DNA of 64,000 nt from an uncultured delta proteobacterium (GTDB taxonomy: Bacteria; Myxococcota_A; Polyangia; Polyangiales; B10-G4), in contig CAVSGI010000011.1 in the NCBI GenBank assembly GCA_963727445.1, forward strand, positions 64,001-128,000, read 5' to 3'. The notes below the pieces were generated by a model that searched no databases, was not told the origin of the DNA, and worked only from the letters and a program-made list of their open reading frames with translations. Below, piece by piece: positions 32,346-41,832 of the stretch. Within the stretch, counting starts at the first letter, position 1. Each line of letters opens with the position of its first letter. Both the position numbers and the translations under genes were made by a program.

Positions 32346-33623
32346 TCAGGGCGTGGCGTCGGCGGCGATCTGCATCGGCGTGCGCACGTAGTCGAAGAGC
32401 ATCACGGAGTCGATCGCCCCCTCGAAGGCGTCGCTTCCGGAGGGCGCGTCCGCGCCGATCATGAACGTACCGCTGGAGAGGGCCAGCGCGTTGGTCACGT
32501 CCCCGTCTTCGGCCATCCCATCGAGGTAGAGCTGGGAGCTGTCCATCGTGGCCGTGCACGCGATGTGGTGCCAGTCCCCCGGCGCGACGCTCGTCGCCGA
32601 GCGGAGCGTGGCGTCACCTCCCCCGCTGGTGGCCATGCGACAGCTCAAGGTTCCGTCGGCGTAGAGGAAGATCCCATAGGAACCATCGAGCTCGAGCAAA
32701 CCGCGTCGACCCAGCGACGGGACCGAGTCCGGGCGGATCCACATCTGCCAGGTGCCGCTGGTGAAGCTGGGCGGGGTCACGCCGTCGGCGAGCTGGAGCT
32801 GGTGGCCCATCGACATCTCGACCGCTTGGCCGCGCGCGGTCCCGCTGTCCGTGAAGGACGGAGCGGCCGCGGTCAGGTCGCGTCGCCCCGTCTCGTCGTC
32901 GAGGTTCCCCTCGAAGAGCCAGCATGCGACGAGCCCGGTGTCCGTCGTGTCGCAAACCGACGGCGAGCCCCCGTCCGTCCCCGCGTCGGGCGCGGCATCG
33001 CTCCCGCCGTCGGTCGCCGCGTCGCTCATCGGTGCATCGACCGCGCCGTCCCCCGGCCCGGCGTCGACGACGCATCCGGACGTCGCGGGCGAGAGACACA
33101 CTCCGTCGGCGCACACGCCGCACGATCCGCAGTCCGCGTCACCACCGCACTCGGGCGTTCCGCACGAGGTGGGCAGCGCCGGCGAGCACTCGGGAGGTAC
33201 GCAGCGACCCCCGTGACAGGTCAGCGCCACGCCCCCTGCGTCGTCCGGACAGCTCACGCCGACGCAGTCGCGGGTGATCACCACGGTGATGCCGAGGTCC
33301 TCCTCGACGTGGAGTGACGTGTGGCGCTCCACCACCACCGCGCCGACGTCGTCGCGGAGCTGTACGACGAGCGCGTGGTCGCCCGCGTTGACGTCGGGGA
33401 GCTCGGCGATACGGCGTCCGGAGACGAAGTCGTCGCCCGCGAAGGCGGGCTGAATCGCTGCGGCCTCGCCATCGAGGAGCGCCTGCGCGGAGGCGAACTC
33501 CGTGCCCGGCGTCAGGTCGGTCTTGAGCTCCACCACCAACTCGATGGCGTTGCTCCCGTCACACCCCTGGACGGCGAGCAAGCTGGCGAGCGCGAGGAGC
33601 CACCGCTTCATCGCGCCCATCAT
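32346..33623 (-). CDS. LamG-like (concanavalin A fold) lipoprotein with Cys-rich linker
   Basis: Lipobox VQGC; GLVACWLFEG, WQMWIRP, WHHIACT, LYLDG, FEGAIDSV. Confidence 0.85.
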   Translation of the reverse strand: MMGAMKRWLLALASLLAVQGCDGSNAIELVVELKTDLTPGTEFASAQALLDGEAAAIQPAFAGDDFVSGRRIAELPDVNAGDHALVVQLRDDVGAVVVERHTSLHVEEDLGITVVITRDCVGVSCPDDAGGVALTCHGGRCVPPECSPALPTSCGTPECGGDADCGSCGVCADGVCLSPATSGCVVDAGPGDGAVDAPMSDAATDGGSDAAPDAGTDGGSPSVCDTTDTGLVACWLFEGNLDDETGRRDLTAAAPSFTDSGTARGQAVEMSMGHQLQLADGVTPPSFTSGTWQMWIRPDSVPSLGRRGLLELDGSYGIFLYADGTLSCRMATSGGGDATLRSATSVAPGDWHHIACTATMDSSQLYLDGMAEDGDVTNALALSSGTFMIGADAPSGSDAFEGAIDSVMLFDYVRTPMQIAADATP

Positions 33624-33626
33624 ACG

Positions 33627-34777
33627 TCACGAACCGAGGCGGTTGACGGGGGAGGGGACGGGAAGGCTCGTCGCGTCCAGGCTGGTGCCGTTGTCGCGGT
33701 ATTCGACGCTCTCGGTGAGTCGCGACAGGTCGTAGCCCTCGACCTGGATGCAGGCGCCCAGCTCGCTATCGGTGATCTCCCCCGTCGTGAGATCGAGGGA
33801 GCCGTCATCAGCCACCTGCACCCCGCAGAGCACCGATCGCTCGACTACGAAATTCTCAGCGACGATGGCGCCCGACTCGTAGGTGCCGACCCCCGCGGTC
33901 GTCGCCGAGCTGGGGCAAACGCTCTCCGGGCATTCGGCGCGCTGGATGTCGCTCACCTCGAGGTCGCTGAGCATCAGCTGCGTCCCGGCGCTGAACGCGC
34001 CGATTCCGAGCTCGCGCACGTTCGTCACGGACACGCGCGTGAGGCTCACGACCGACCCGCTCTCGGCGCCGATCCCGCGTGCCGTCTGCCCGGTGATGTC
34101 GTCGCTCAGCATCTCGCGCACGATCACGTCCTCGCCGCTCACCATCGTGCCGTCGGTGAGCTGAATGCCCACCTCTCGGCTCCGCTCGACGGCGACGCGA
34201 TGCATCGTCAGCATCGCGTTCACCTGCGTCTGGATCCCGCGCCCGTTGGCGCCGTCGGGGCGTCCCCGGGTGTCGTGCAGGACGGCGTCCTCGAGCAGGA
34301 GCGTGGCGTCCTGGACGATCACCTCCGACTCGCCGTTGTCCGTGATGGAGACGCGCCGAGCCTCGGCGCTGGCACCATTTTGAATGGCGAGCCCGAAGCC
34401 GGAGGTGCCGTCGATCTCGTACACCTTCGTGCTCTCGAGGAGGGCGTCCTCGACGAGGAGTTGGGCTCCGTCGAAGAAGCCACCGCCGCGCATCCGGGCT
34501 CGCCCGGAAAGTGCGCCGTCACCCCCGTGCACTCCTCGCGGCCGCTCTCGGGCCAGGGCGCGCAGGTGGGCCACGAACCGCTGCTGTCCTCCCGCCAGCC
34601 GGTGGGGCACGGCGTGAGGACCGGCGGCATCGGCGCGTCCGGCGCGATGTCCATGCCGGTGTCCGGCATCCCGGTATCGGCCCCGGCGTCACCAGGGGCC
34701 GCGTCGTCACCGCATCCGGAGAGGGTCAGGGCGGTGAGCGCGGCAACCGACCGAGCGAGCCGACGCGACGAGGCCAT
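33627..34777 (-). pseudogene. Beta-helix-repeat lipoprotein, disrupted near 34490
   Basis: N-terminus (LSGC lipobox, PCPTGW, HFPGEPGC) and C-terminal repeats (LEDAVLHDT, GRGI.AESG, LTRVSV) lie in different frames. Confidence 0.55.
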
Positions 34778-34839
34778 GCGAGCGGATCGTATCAGGTCTC
34801 TGGCGACCCGTGAGCGCCCGCTGCTACCATCCCCTTCGC

Positions 34840-35355
34840 ATGAGCGAGGAACAGCAGCCGGCGACGCCGACCAAGAGGGCCGCGAGCCCCTCGGCGGCGG
34901 TGGTGCAAGCGCTCGGGGCCATCCATCTCTTCGACGGAATCGCCGAAGAGGGGCTGATGGCTCTCGCGTCGATCGCGCGCGAAGAGAGCTTTCGCGGCGG
35001 CGAGCTGATCTTCAAGGAGGGCTCCACGGGTGGTGAGCTCTATCTGATCCTCGAAGGCAAGGTGCGCATCTCTCGCGACGTCAGCGGAATGGGCGAGGAG
35101 GCCCTCGCTGTTCTGGGTCCCGGGGACGCCTTCGGCGAGATGAGCCTCATCGACGACTTCCCGCGCTCCGCCGATGCCAAAGTTCACGAACGCTGCCGGC
35201 TGCTCGTGCTCGAGAAGGACGCGATGGAGGACCTGCTCTTCCTCCAGAAGGACCTGGCGTACGAGATCCTGTGGAACTTCGTGAAGATCCTGTCCGCCCG
35301 CCTGCGCGAGACGAACGACAAGATGACGTTCCTCTCGGTGACCGGGAAGTTCTGA
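34840..35355 (+). CDS. Stand-alone cyclic nucleotide-binding protein
   Basis: IFKEGSTGGELYLILEGKV, GDAFGEMSLID..PRSA; no HTH. Confidence 0.9.
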   Translation: MSEEQQPATPTKRAASPSAAVVQALGAIHLFDGIAEEGLMALASIAREESFRGGELIFKEGSTGGELYLILEGKVRISRDVSGMGEEALAVLGPGDAFGEMSLIDDFPRSADAKVHERCRLLVLEKDAMEDLLFLQKDLAYEILWNFVKILSARLRETNDKMTFLSVTGKF

Positions 35356-36188
35356 CGATCGACGCGTCGCCGAGAACGAGAGCGCAGTGCGCCGTGCACG
35401 TCGAGCGTGCCGCGGTCTTCACCTGCAGTCGCTGCGGCAGCTACGCCTGTGAGGCGTGTGCGTTCTCCTCGCTCGCGGGTCGCGAGATCTGCCGCGCGTG
35501 CGCGGCCGGTGGGCTCGCCGAGCCCATCCCCTGGGAGCGGCGCGCCGAGCTCGGGCGTATCCGCGCCTTCTGGGAGACGACGAAGATCCTCATGCGCTCC
35601 CCCATGGCGCTGTTTCGAACGCCGACCACCGAAAATGGAATGATGGGCGCCGCGATCTACGGGATCGCCGTCTACACCCTCGGGCAGCTGATCTCGATCG
35701 TGACGATCTTCGGGCTGCTGGCCATCGGGAGCCTGATCTTCGGCCTCGCCACGGAATCGGCGGAGCTGGCGGGCGTCGGGGCGGGGTACTCGGTCTGTTG
35801 GATGTTCCTGGCGATCCCGATCACCCTCGGCCAATCGCCGATCTACGGGATCCTGGGCATCGTCGGTGGGGGCGGTCTCACCCACCTCTCGCTTCGGCTC
35901 TTCAAGCAGGCCAAGGCGCCCTTCGAGACGACCATGCGCGTCGTGAGCTACGCGAACGCGCCCTACATCCTCTACGCGATCCCCGTCCTCGGCATGATGA
36001 TCGCGTGGTTCTGGGTGCTCTACCTCGAGGTGGTCGGGGTGCGTGAGGCCCATGGGATCTCCACCGACAAGGCCGCCGCGGCCGTGCTCCTCTGGCGCTT
36101 TCTGTTGATCGTCCTTTTCGTGGGCGCCTACGTCGCGATGATCTTCCTCGTCGCCGCCGCCGTCTCAGCCGGCGAGCGTCCCGTCTAG
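35352..36188 (+). CDS. YIP1-like membrane protein with N-terminal B-box-like zinc finger
   Basis: CAVH..A..TCSRCGSYACEAC...CRAC, IPWE, FETTMRVVSYA, about five TMs. Start uncertain (CTG 35352 or GTG 35271). Confidence 0.75.
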   Translation: MTIDASPRTRAQCAVHVERAAVFTCSRCGSYACEACAFSSLAGREICRACAAGGLAEPIPWERRAELGRIRAFWETTKILMRSPMALFRTPTTENGMMGAAIYGIAVYTLGQLISIVTIFGLLAIGSLIFGLATESAELAGVGAGYSVCWMFLAIPITLGQSPIYGILGIVGGGGLTHLSLRLFKQAKAPFETTMRVVSYANAPYILYAIPVLGMMIAWFWVLYLEVVGVREAHGISTDKAAAAVLLWRFLLIVLFVGAYVAMIFLVAAAVSAGERPV

Positions 36189-36189
36189 C

Positions 36190-37401
36190 TCAGCCTTCGA
36201 GCGCGGCTTCGCCGGCGAGCCAGCCGGTGGTGACGGCCACGCCGAGCCCGGTTCCGTCCGCGTGGCTCACGCCTTCGAGCAGCGAGCCACAGGCGAAGAG
36301 CGCGTCGTCGCGCGTCTCTCCGCCCTGGTCTCGCAAGCGGAAGTCCTCCGCGACGCGCACGCCACTTTCGAAAGCGGCCGCGGGCGAGCCGAGACGTCCC
36401 CACGCGCCGAAGTCGATCGCGGTGGCGGTGAGCGGCTCCTCGAGCGCACCGTCTTTGGCGACGATGCCGCCGGCGAGCGCCGAGCCGCTGGCGAGGATCA
36501 CCACGTCCCCTCGCAGCACTCCCTGGTCGGCGAGGCGCACCTTCCCGCGCGTGACCTCGACGGCGCGCCCTCGATGCTCGGTGACACCCGCCCCCTCGCG
36601 GGCGCGGGCGAAGCGCGCGTCGAGACGCGTTCCCTGGGCTCCTGCGCCTCCGCACGCGAGCTCGCCGACCTTTCGGCCGACGGCGTCCGACAGCGCGCGA
36701 GCGATTCCGTCGGGCGACAGGCCCAGGAGCGGCGGAAGGAGCCAAGCGTGGTCCCGGCGTTCGGGCAGAGCGCGGGCGAGCACCGCAGCGAGGCGCGCAC
36801 GGGCGTCCTCGGCGTCGCCGAGCGCCGCGGCTTCGTGGGGCCACATCAGCGCATCGCTCCGCCGGCCGAAGTACTCGATGGGAACATCGACGAAGGACAG
36901 ATCTGCGGCGCCCGGATCGCACGAGAGAGCCCGCGCGACGAAGCCGCCGTCGATGCTGGGATGACCACGGAGGCAGGCGACCGCGACGAGCCCGCCGGGG
37001 ACGTCGTCGAGCGCGAGCAGCTCTTCCTCGACGCTGGCGACGCGAACGACGACGCCGCGGTCGCTGGCGACGCGGATGCCCTTCGTGCTCGGATCGAAGG
37101 GGGCGTACCCGCCGATGGCGTCGAAGAGCGCCCGGTGGACGCGGGTCACGGATTCGACCGGGTCGGCGATGCGGGCATAGGGATGGGCGGGGCGCGCGCG
37201 CGCGATGGCGCGGATGCGATCGGCGGTGGTCTCGTCCCAGCCGGCGTCGCGGCTGCTCGCGCTCGCGACGTGCCAAGCGCCCGAACAGCAGTGGGTCGCG
37301 CCCCACGCTCCGTCGACGACGGTGACCTCCGCGCCCCCATGTCGGAGCGCGAGGCAGGCGGCCGTGCCCGCGGCGCCGGCGCCGACGACGATCGCTCTCA
37401 C
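36190..37401 (-). CDS. glpB: GlpB-like FAD-dependent oxidoreductase
   Basis: IVVGAGAAG, GATHCCSG, LPPLLG, GTRL, VILASGSALAGGI, LFACGSLL, GLGVAVTTG. Confidence 0.65.
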   Translation of the reverse strand: MRAIVVGAGAAGTAACLALRHGGAEVTVVDGAWGATHCCSGAWHVASASSRDAGWDETTADRIRAIARARPAHPYARIADPVESVTRVHRALFDAIGGYAPFDPSTKGIRVASDRGVVVRVASVEEELLALDDVPGGLVAVACLRGHPSIDGGFVARALSCDPGAADLSFVDVPIEYFGRRSDALMWPHEAAALGDAEDARARLAAVLARALPERRDHAWLLPPLLGLSPDGIARALSDAVGRKVGELACGGAGAQGTRLDARFARAREGAGVTEHRGRAVEVTRGKVRLADQGVLRGDVVILASGSALAGGIVAKDGALEEPLTATAIDFGAWGRLGSPAAAFESGVRVAEDFRLRDQGGETRDDALFACGSLLEGVSHADGTGLGVAVTTGWLAGEAALEG

Positions 37402-38730
37402 GCCTCGTCCTCCTCGTGGGCCGAGAGCCCGCCGCTGGCGAGGCGCGACAGGAGCAGCTCTTCACGCCCGAGGTCGGCCGCGTCGAGGAAAGGTGCGCGT
37501 CGCGCGAAGCCCTCACGCAGCCAGGTCCAGACCGCTTCGTTCAGGCCGGAGGCGTCGGCGCCGGTCTCGTCGCGGAGGACCTGGGCCGTCCGATGCGCGC
37601 AGTCGAGCCCCCGGCAGGCGCCGCCGCCGACGCCGGTGCGGCGGACGATATCCGATAGCGTGCGCGCGCCCTCGACACGGCACGCGTGTCGCACCTCGCA
37701 CTCCAGGATCGCCTGGCACGCGCAGAGCATCGCGCGCTCCCGAGGCGACTTCGCGGTGCGCCGCAGGACGTCCGCGGCGCGGCTGCCGTGGCGTGCGACG
37801 AGCGAACGCACCGCGAGCTCCGGCACCTCCCAGCGGTCGGCGAGCGGCGAGCTGGCGACGAGCACGTCACCCCCGGGCAGCGCGGCGTCCCGCCGGAGCG
37901 CCGACAGAATCTCGCCCCGCCTTGTGAGCGAAAGCGTCGGCTAGATAGGTCGCGACGTCGCGATGCAGGCCCGGGCTGCTCTCGCTCACACGCACCAGCC
38001 CCGGCGCCGCGTCCTGCCGCGCTTCGCCGGGCACCGCCACCGCGTACACCTCGGTCTCGAGGATGGGCGCGCCCGCCATGCCATGGGCCTCGAGGGCCCG
38101 GTGGACCGCTTCTTCCGCAGCGTCGGGCAGAACCAGACGCGCGCCGGCGGCGGTGGGATGACAGAGGACGCCGTCGATCAGCTTCCCGGCCTCGGGGGGT
38201 GGGACGTCCACGTCGATCACGCGCAGTCGGCGGATGTCGGGCGAGGCGAGCCCCACGGCGTTCAGGTCCGACGCCCCTGTCGCGACCACCACGCTCTCCG
38301 CATCGAGGGCGCGACCATCTGCGAGCTCGACCCGCTTGGTGCCCTCGCTCTCGGCGTCGCCGATCTCGGTGGCGGCCGTGCCGGTGAGCAGCACGGCGCC
38401 GCGCTCCACGGCGTCGATGACGTAGAGCTGCGTGAGGCGGGTGACGTCGACGATGCTCCCGAGCCCGAGCTCGCCCACGGGGACGATCGACAAGAGGTGC
38501 GGCGCGAGGTTCGCGAGGCCCGAGAGGGTCCGGGCGTCGCCGCCGGTCGGCAGGCCATCACCGAGGAGGATGGTGCCGACGCCGCTCGCGCCGGAGGCGA
38601 CTTCGCCGCGTTCCACCAGCGCGACCTCGAGCCCGCGGAGCGCGCACTCCCGCGCCACCGACGCGCCCAGGAGCCCGGCGCCGAGCACCACCACGTCGAA
38701 TCGCGGCGGGCTCTTGTCGGACTCGGGCAT
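37398..38730 (-). CDS. GlpA-like FAD oxidoreductase with BFD-like [2Fe-2S] domain, frameshift near 37885-37920
   Basis: DVVVLGAGLLGASVARECALRGL...ERGEVASGASG. Second frame: LPGG, CACQ....EV, RRTGVGGGACRGLDC. Confidence 0.7.
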
Positions 38731-38761
38731 CGCTGGCGCAGAGTACCCCTTTCGCGAGCGC

Positions 38762-39670
38762 TCAGGCGGGTGCGCGTGAAAGACGGGTGGGCTCGGTCGG
38801 CAGCCGCGCGAGGTCGAAGGTCGCGACCAGCGCCTCGGCCGTGAGCTCGGTGCCTTCCGGGACCAGGCCGAGCGACGTCGCGAGCTCACCGATCACCTCT
38901 TCGGGGCGGACGCCGGCCTCGCGATGGGAGGCGATGCTGATCGACGCGACGCGCTTCGAGAGCCGCTCGCCTTCGGCGTCGAGGACCAGGGGGACGTGCA
39001 GGTAGCGCACCTCGGCAAGGCCCAGGGCGCGGATCAGCGCGATCTGACGCGGCGTGGATGGGACGAGGTCCGCGCCGCGCACCACCTCGGTGACGCCCTG
39101 CGCCGCGTCGTCCACCACCACCGCGAGCTGATAGGCCCACTCACCGGTCGCGCGCTTCAGCACGAAGTCGCCGCCGAAGGGCGTCGGGTCGATGGGCCCG
39201 AGGAGGAGATCTTCGAAGGCGGGCGGGGGCTCTTCGAGGCGAAACCGGAACGACGCCGGCCGCTCCGGTTGCGTCGGGCCTTCGCGGCACGTGCCTGGAT
39301 AGCGCAGACCGAGACCCGGCACGCCGTGCGGTGCGCTCGACGCTTCCTGAATGTCCTTGCGGCTGCAGGTGCAGCGATAGACCAGCCCCGCCGCCTCGAG
39401 CTGATCGAGCGCCGCCTGATACGCGTCGCCGCGCTCGGACTGCACCATCGGCTCCGAGTCCCAGCTGAGACCGAGCCACTCCAGATCCCGATAGATCGCC
39501 GCGGCCGCGCCGGGCACCACCCGCGGCGGATCGAGATCCTCCATGCGCATCACGATCGATCCGCCGGCGCTTTTCGCGCGAAGCCACGCGACCAGGAAGG
39601 TCCGCGCGTGGCCGAGGTGGAGCTCGCCCGTCGGCGAAGGCGCGAATCGGCCGCGATAAGTCGAGCTCAC
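38762..39670 (-). CDS. gluQ: tRNA glutamyl-Q(34) synthetase
   Basis: RFAPSPTGELHLGH, RMEDLDPPR, YRCTCSR, YPGTCR, AYQLAVVVDD, RLSKR; no anticodon domain. Confidence 0.93.
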   Translation of the reverse strand: MSSTYRGRFAPSPTGELHLGHARTFLVAWLRAKSAGGSIVMRMEDLDPPRVVPGAAAAIYRDLEWLGLSWDSEPMVQSERGDAYQAALDQLEAAGLVYRCTCSRKDIQEASSAPHGVPGLGLRYPGTCREGPTQPERPASFRFRLEEPPPAFEDLLLGPIDPTPFGGDFVLKRATGEWAYQLAVVVDDAAQGVTEVVRGADLVPSTPRQIALIRALGLAEVRYLHVPLVLDAEGERLSKRVASISIASHREAGVRPEEVIGELATSLGLVPEGTELTAEALVATFDLARLPTEPTRLSRAPA

Positions 39671-39697
39671 GGTTGCGTTCTAGCGCTCCCTGTGGCT

Positions 39698-40471
39698 ATG
39701 AACCAGACCGTGCGCGGTGGGCCCGATACGGTCTGTGGGTGCTTTCCCACGGGGAGGCATTACCCGGGCATCGCCGAGCGGATCGCGCGGGCGGTGGTCG
39801 AGGTCAAAGGCCTCGCCAAGGAGCTCGCCGCAGACGCGGATTGGCGCACCTCGAAGTTCGTGGTGATCGACTTCGAGACCACCGGCCTCGATCCCAACCT
39901 CGACCGCGTCCTGGAGATGGGCCTGGTCACTTTCGAGGAGGGTGAGCTGGTCCTGCGCAAGAACTGGCTGATCGATCCGCAGATCCCGGTGCCCGAAGAG
40001 GCGCGGCGCATCCATGGCATCAGCGACGAGGACCTCGCCAATGCGCCGAAGTTCGACGAGGTCTTCCCCGAGGTGTTGAGCCTCCTCGATGGCCACGTGC
40101 CGGTCGCCTACAACGCCGGCTTCGACAAGAAGTTCTTCCACGCCGAGTACGGACGCCTGGGCGCCGTTGCCCTCGACGCCAACCCCCCGCCGGCCGTGCG
40201 TGACGACGTCGTGTGGATCGATCCGCTGGTCTGGGTTCGCGAGCTGCAGAAGTACGAGAAGGGCAAGAAGCTCACCGACGTCTGCCAGCGCCTCGGCATC
40301 GACATCGGTCAGGCACACCGCGCCGCCGACGATGCGACGGCCACCGGCAAGGTGCTCCTCGCGCTGGCCAAGGACATGCCCCGCACCTACGGCGAGCTGA
40401 TCCGGATCCAGACGCAGTACGAAGCGATGCAGGAGGCGGAGCTCGTCACCTGGCGCGCGCGGCGGAACTGA
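39698..40471 (+). CDS. DEDDh 3'-5' exonuclease (DnaQ/epsilon-like)
   Basis: VIDFETTG, IHGI, YNAGFD, HRAADDA intact. Confidence 0.9.
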   Translation: MNQTVRGGPDTVCGCFPTGRHYPGIAERIARAVVEVKGLAKELAADADWRTSKFVVIDFETTGLDPNLDRVLEMGLVTFEEGELVLRKNWLIDPQIPVPEEARRIHGISDEDLANAPKFDEVFPEVLSLLDGHVPVAYNAGFDKKFFHAEYGRLGAVALDANPPPAVRDDVVWIDPLVWVRELQKYEKGKKLTDVCQRLGIDIGQAHRAADDATATGKVLLALAKDMPRTYGELIRIQTQYEAMQEAELVTWRARRN

Positions 40472-41370
40472 TGGCGCAGCAATGGACGTCCCGCCGTCAG
40501 GTGGGTGTCTACCTGGCCATCGTCTTCACCGTCAGCTGGGGATTGGCGATCGGGTACTGGGCCTTCGGCGGAAGGTGGGGAGCGCCTGCGTCGATCGCGG
40601 TGGCGCTGGTCTTCATGATGCCGCCGGCGTTCGCGACGCTGATCATCAAGGGCGCGATCCTGCAGGAGCCGGTGCTGGAGACGCTCGGTATCAAGCTCTC
40701 CCTCAATCGCTGGTGGCTCGTCGCCTGGCTGGTCCCGCCGCTGGCCTTCGGACTCTCGGTGGCGATCGGCGCCCTGATCCCGGGCCAGGAGCTCTCGCTC
40801 GGCGTCGACGACTTCATCGCGTACTTCCTGCCGCAGGTTCCTGCGGATCAGCACGAGACCTTCATCGCCGAGGTGCGCGGGTACGGGATGCATCCGGCGA
40901 TCGGGATGGTCCTGCAGGCGATGGTCGCCGGGATGACCATCAACGGTGTACGCGGCCTCGGCGAGGAGCTCGGCTGGCGCGGGCTCATGTACCGGGAGGT
41001 GCGTGGGAGCTTCTACCGCAAGGCGCTGATCATCGGCGGCGTGTGGGGCGTCTGGTATGCGCCGCTCGTGCTCCAGGGATATCGCTATCCGGGCGCCGAG
41101 ATCGCGGGCGTGCCGATGTGCGTGGCCTGGTGCCTCCTCGCCGGCGCCATCGCCCTCGAGATACGCGAACGGAGCGGGAGCGTGATCCCGACCGCGATCC
41201 TCTACGGAACCTTCGAGGGACTCGCGAAGCTGCCACCGCTCACCAGCGGCGGAAGCGCGATCACCATGGGGATGTACGGCCTGCCGGGGTGCGTCGGGCT
41301 GGCGCTGCTCCTCCTGATGCTCCGCTGGGAGAAGGACTTCAGCTCGACTTCTCGAGGTTCGCAGCGATGA
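40471..41370 (+). CDS. CPBP (Abi/CAAX) intramembrane protease-like protein, His motifs replaced
   Basis: GEELGWRG present; WGVWY and ILYGTFE at the positions of the conserved histidines. Confidence 0.8.
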   Translation: MAQQWTSRRQVGVYLAIVFTVSWGLAIGYWAFGGRWGAPASIAVALVFMMPPAFATLIIKGAILQEPVLETLGIKLSLNRWWLVAWLVPPLAFGLSVAIGALIPGQELSLGVDDFIAYFLPQVPADQHETFIAEVRGYGMHPAIGMVLQAMVAGMTINGVRGLGEELGWRGLMYREVRGSFYRKALIIGGVWGVWYAPLVLQGYRYPGAEIAGVPMCVAWCLLAGAIALEIRERSGSVIPTAILYGTFEGLAKLPPLTSGGSAITMGMYGLPGCVGLALLLLMLRWEKDFSSTSRGSQR

Positions 41371-41683
41371 CCGACTCGAGATCGGCGATGGGCTCTTCGA
41401 ACTCGACGGCCAGCCGGCGCGGCCACAGGCCCCCGGGGTCGTCCTCGTTCGGTGCCACGCGAACGACCTTGCCTTCGACGACCCTGCCCTCCTTCGCGTA
41501 GTCGGGAGGCGCGCGGAAGGTCACTGACAAGGTGTCTCCCTCCTCGACGTGAATCGCGGAGCCGATGAGAAGCCCGCATTCGCTCGCATCGAAGCTGATG
41601 GCGAGCCCCTCCTCGTCAGCGGTGCTCACGCGCATGGGAAACCACACGCGAAAGCGCTCGGTGGATCGACGATCGTCGGACAT
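41339..41683 (-). CDS. PilZ domain protein (c-di-GMP receptor)
   Basis: RxxxR (RSTER) and DxSxxG (DASECG) motifs; GKVVRV, AVEF. Confidence 0.85.
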   Translation of the reverse strand: MSDDRRSTERFRVWFPMRVSTADEEGLAISFDASECGLLIGSAIHVEEGDTLSVTFRAPPDYAKEGRVVEGKVVRVAPNEDDPGGLWPRRLAVEFEEPIADLESVIAANLEKSS

Positions 41684-41832
41684 GGCCCCGGAGCATAGGC
41701 GCTTTCGAGGACGGCGCCAGCGGGACGCGCAAGCATCTGCACGGCCCGTGCAACCAGCTGCCCGCTCTGCGTCGCGAAACCACCCGACAGCAGCGCTCCG
41801 GTTGTGGCACGATTGATGAGGGGGGGATGTGC

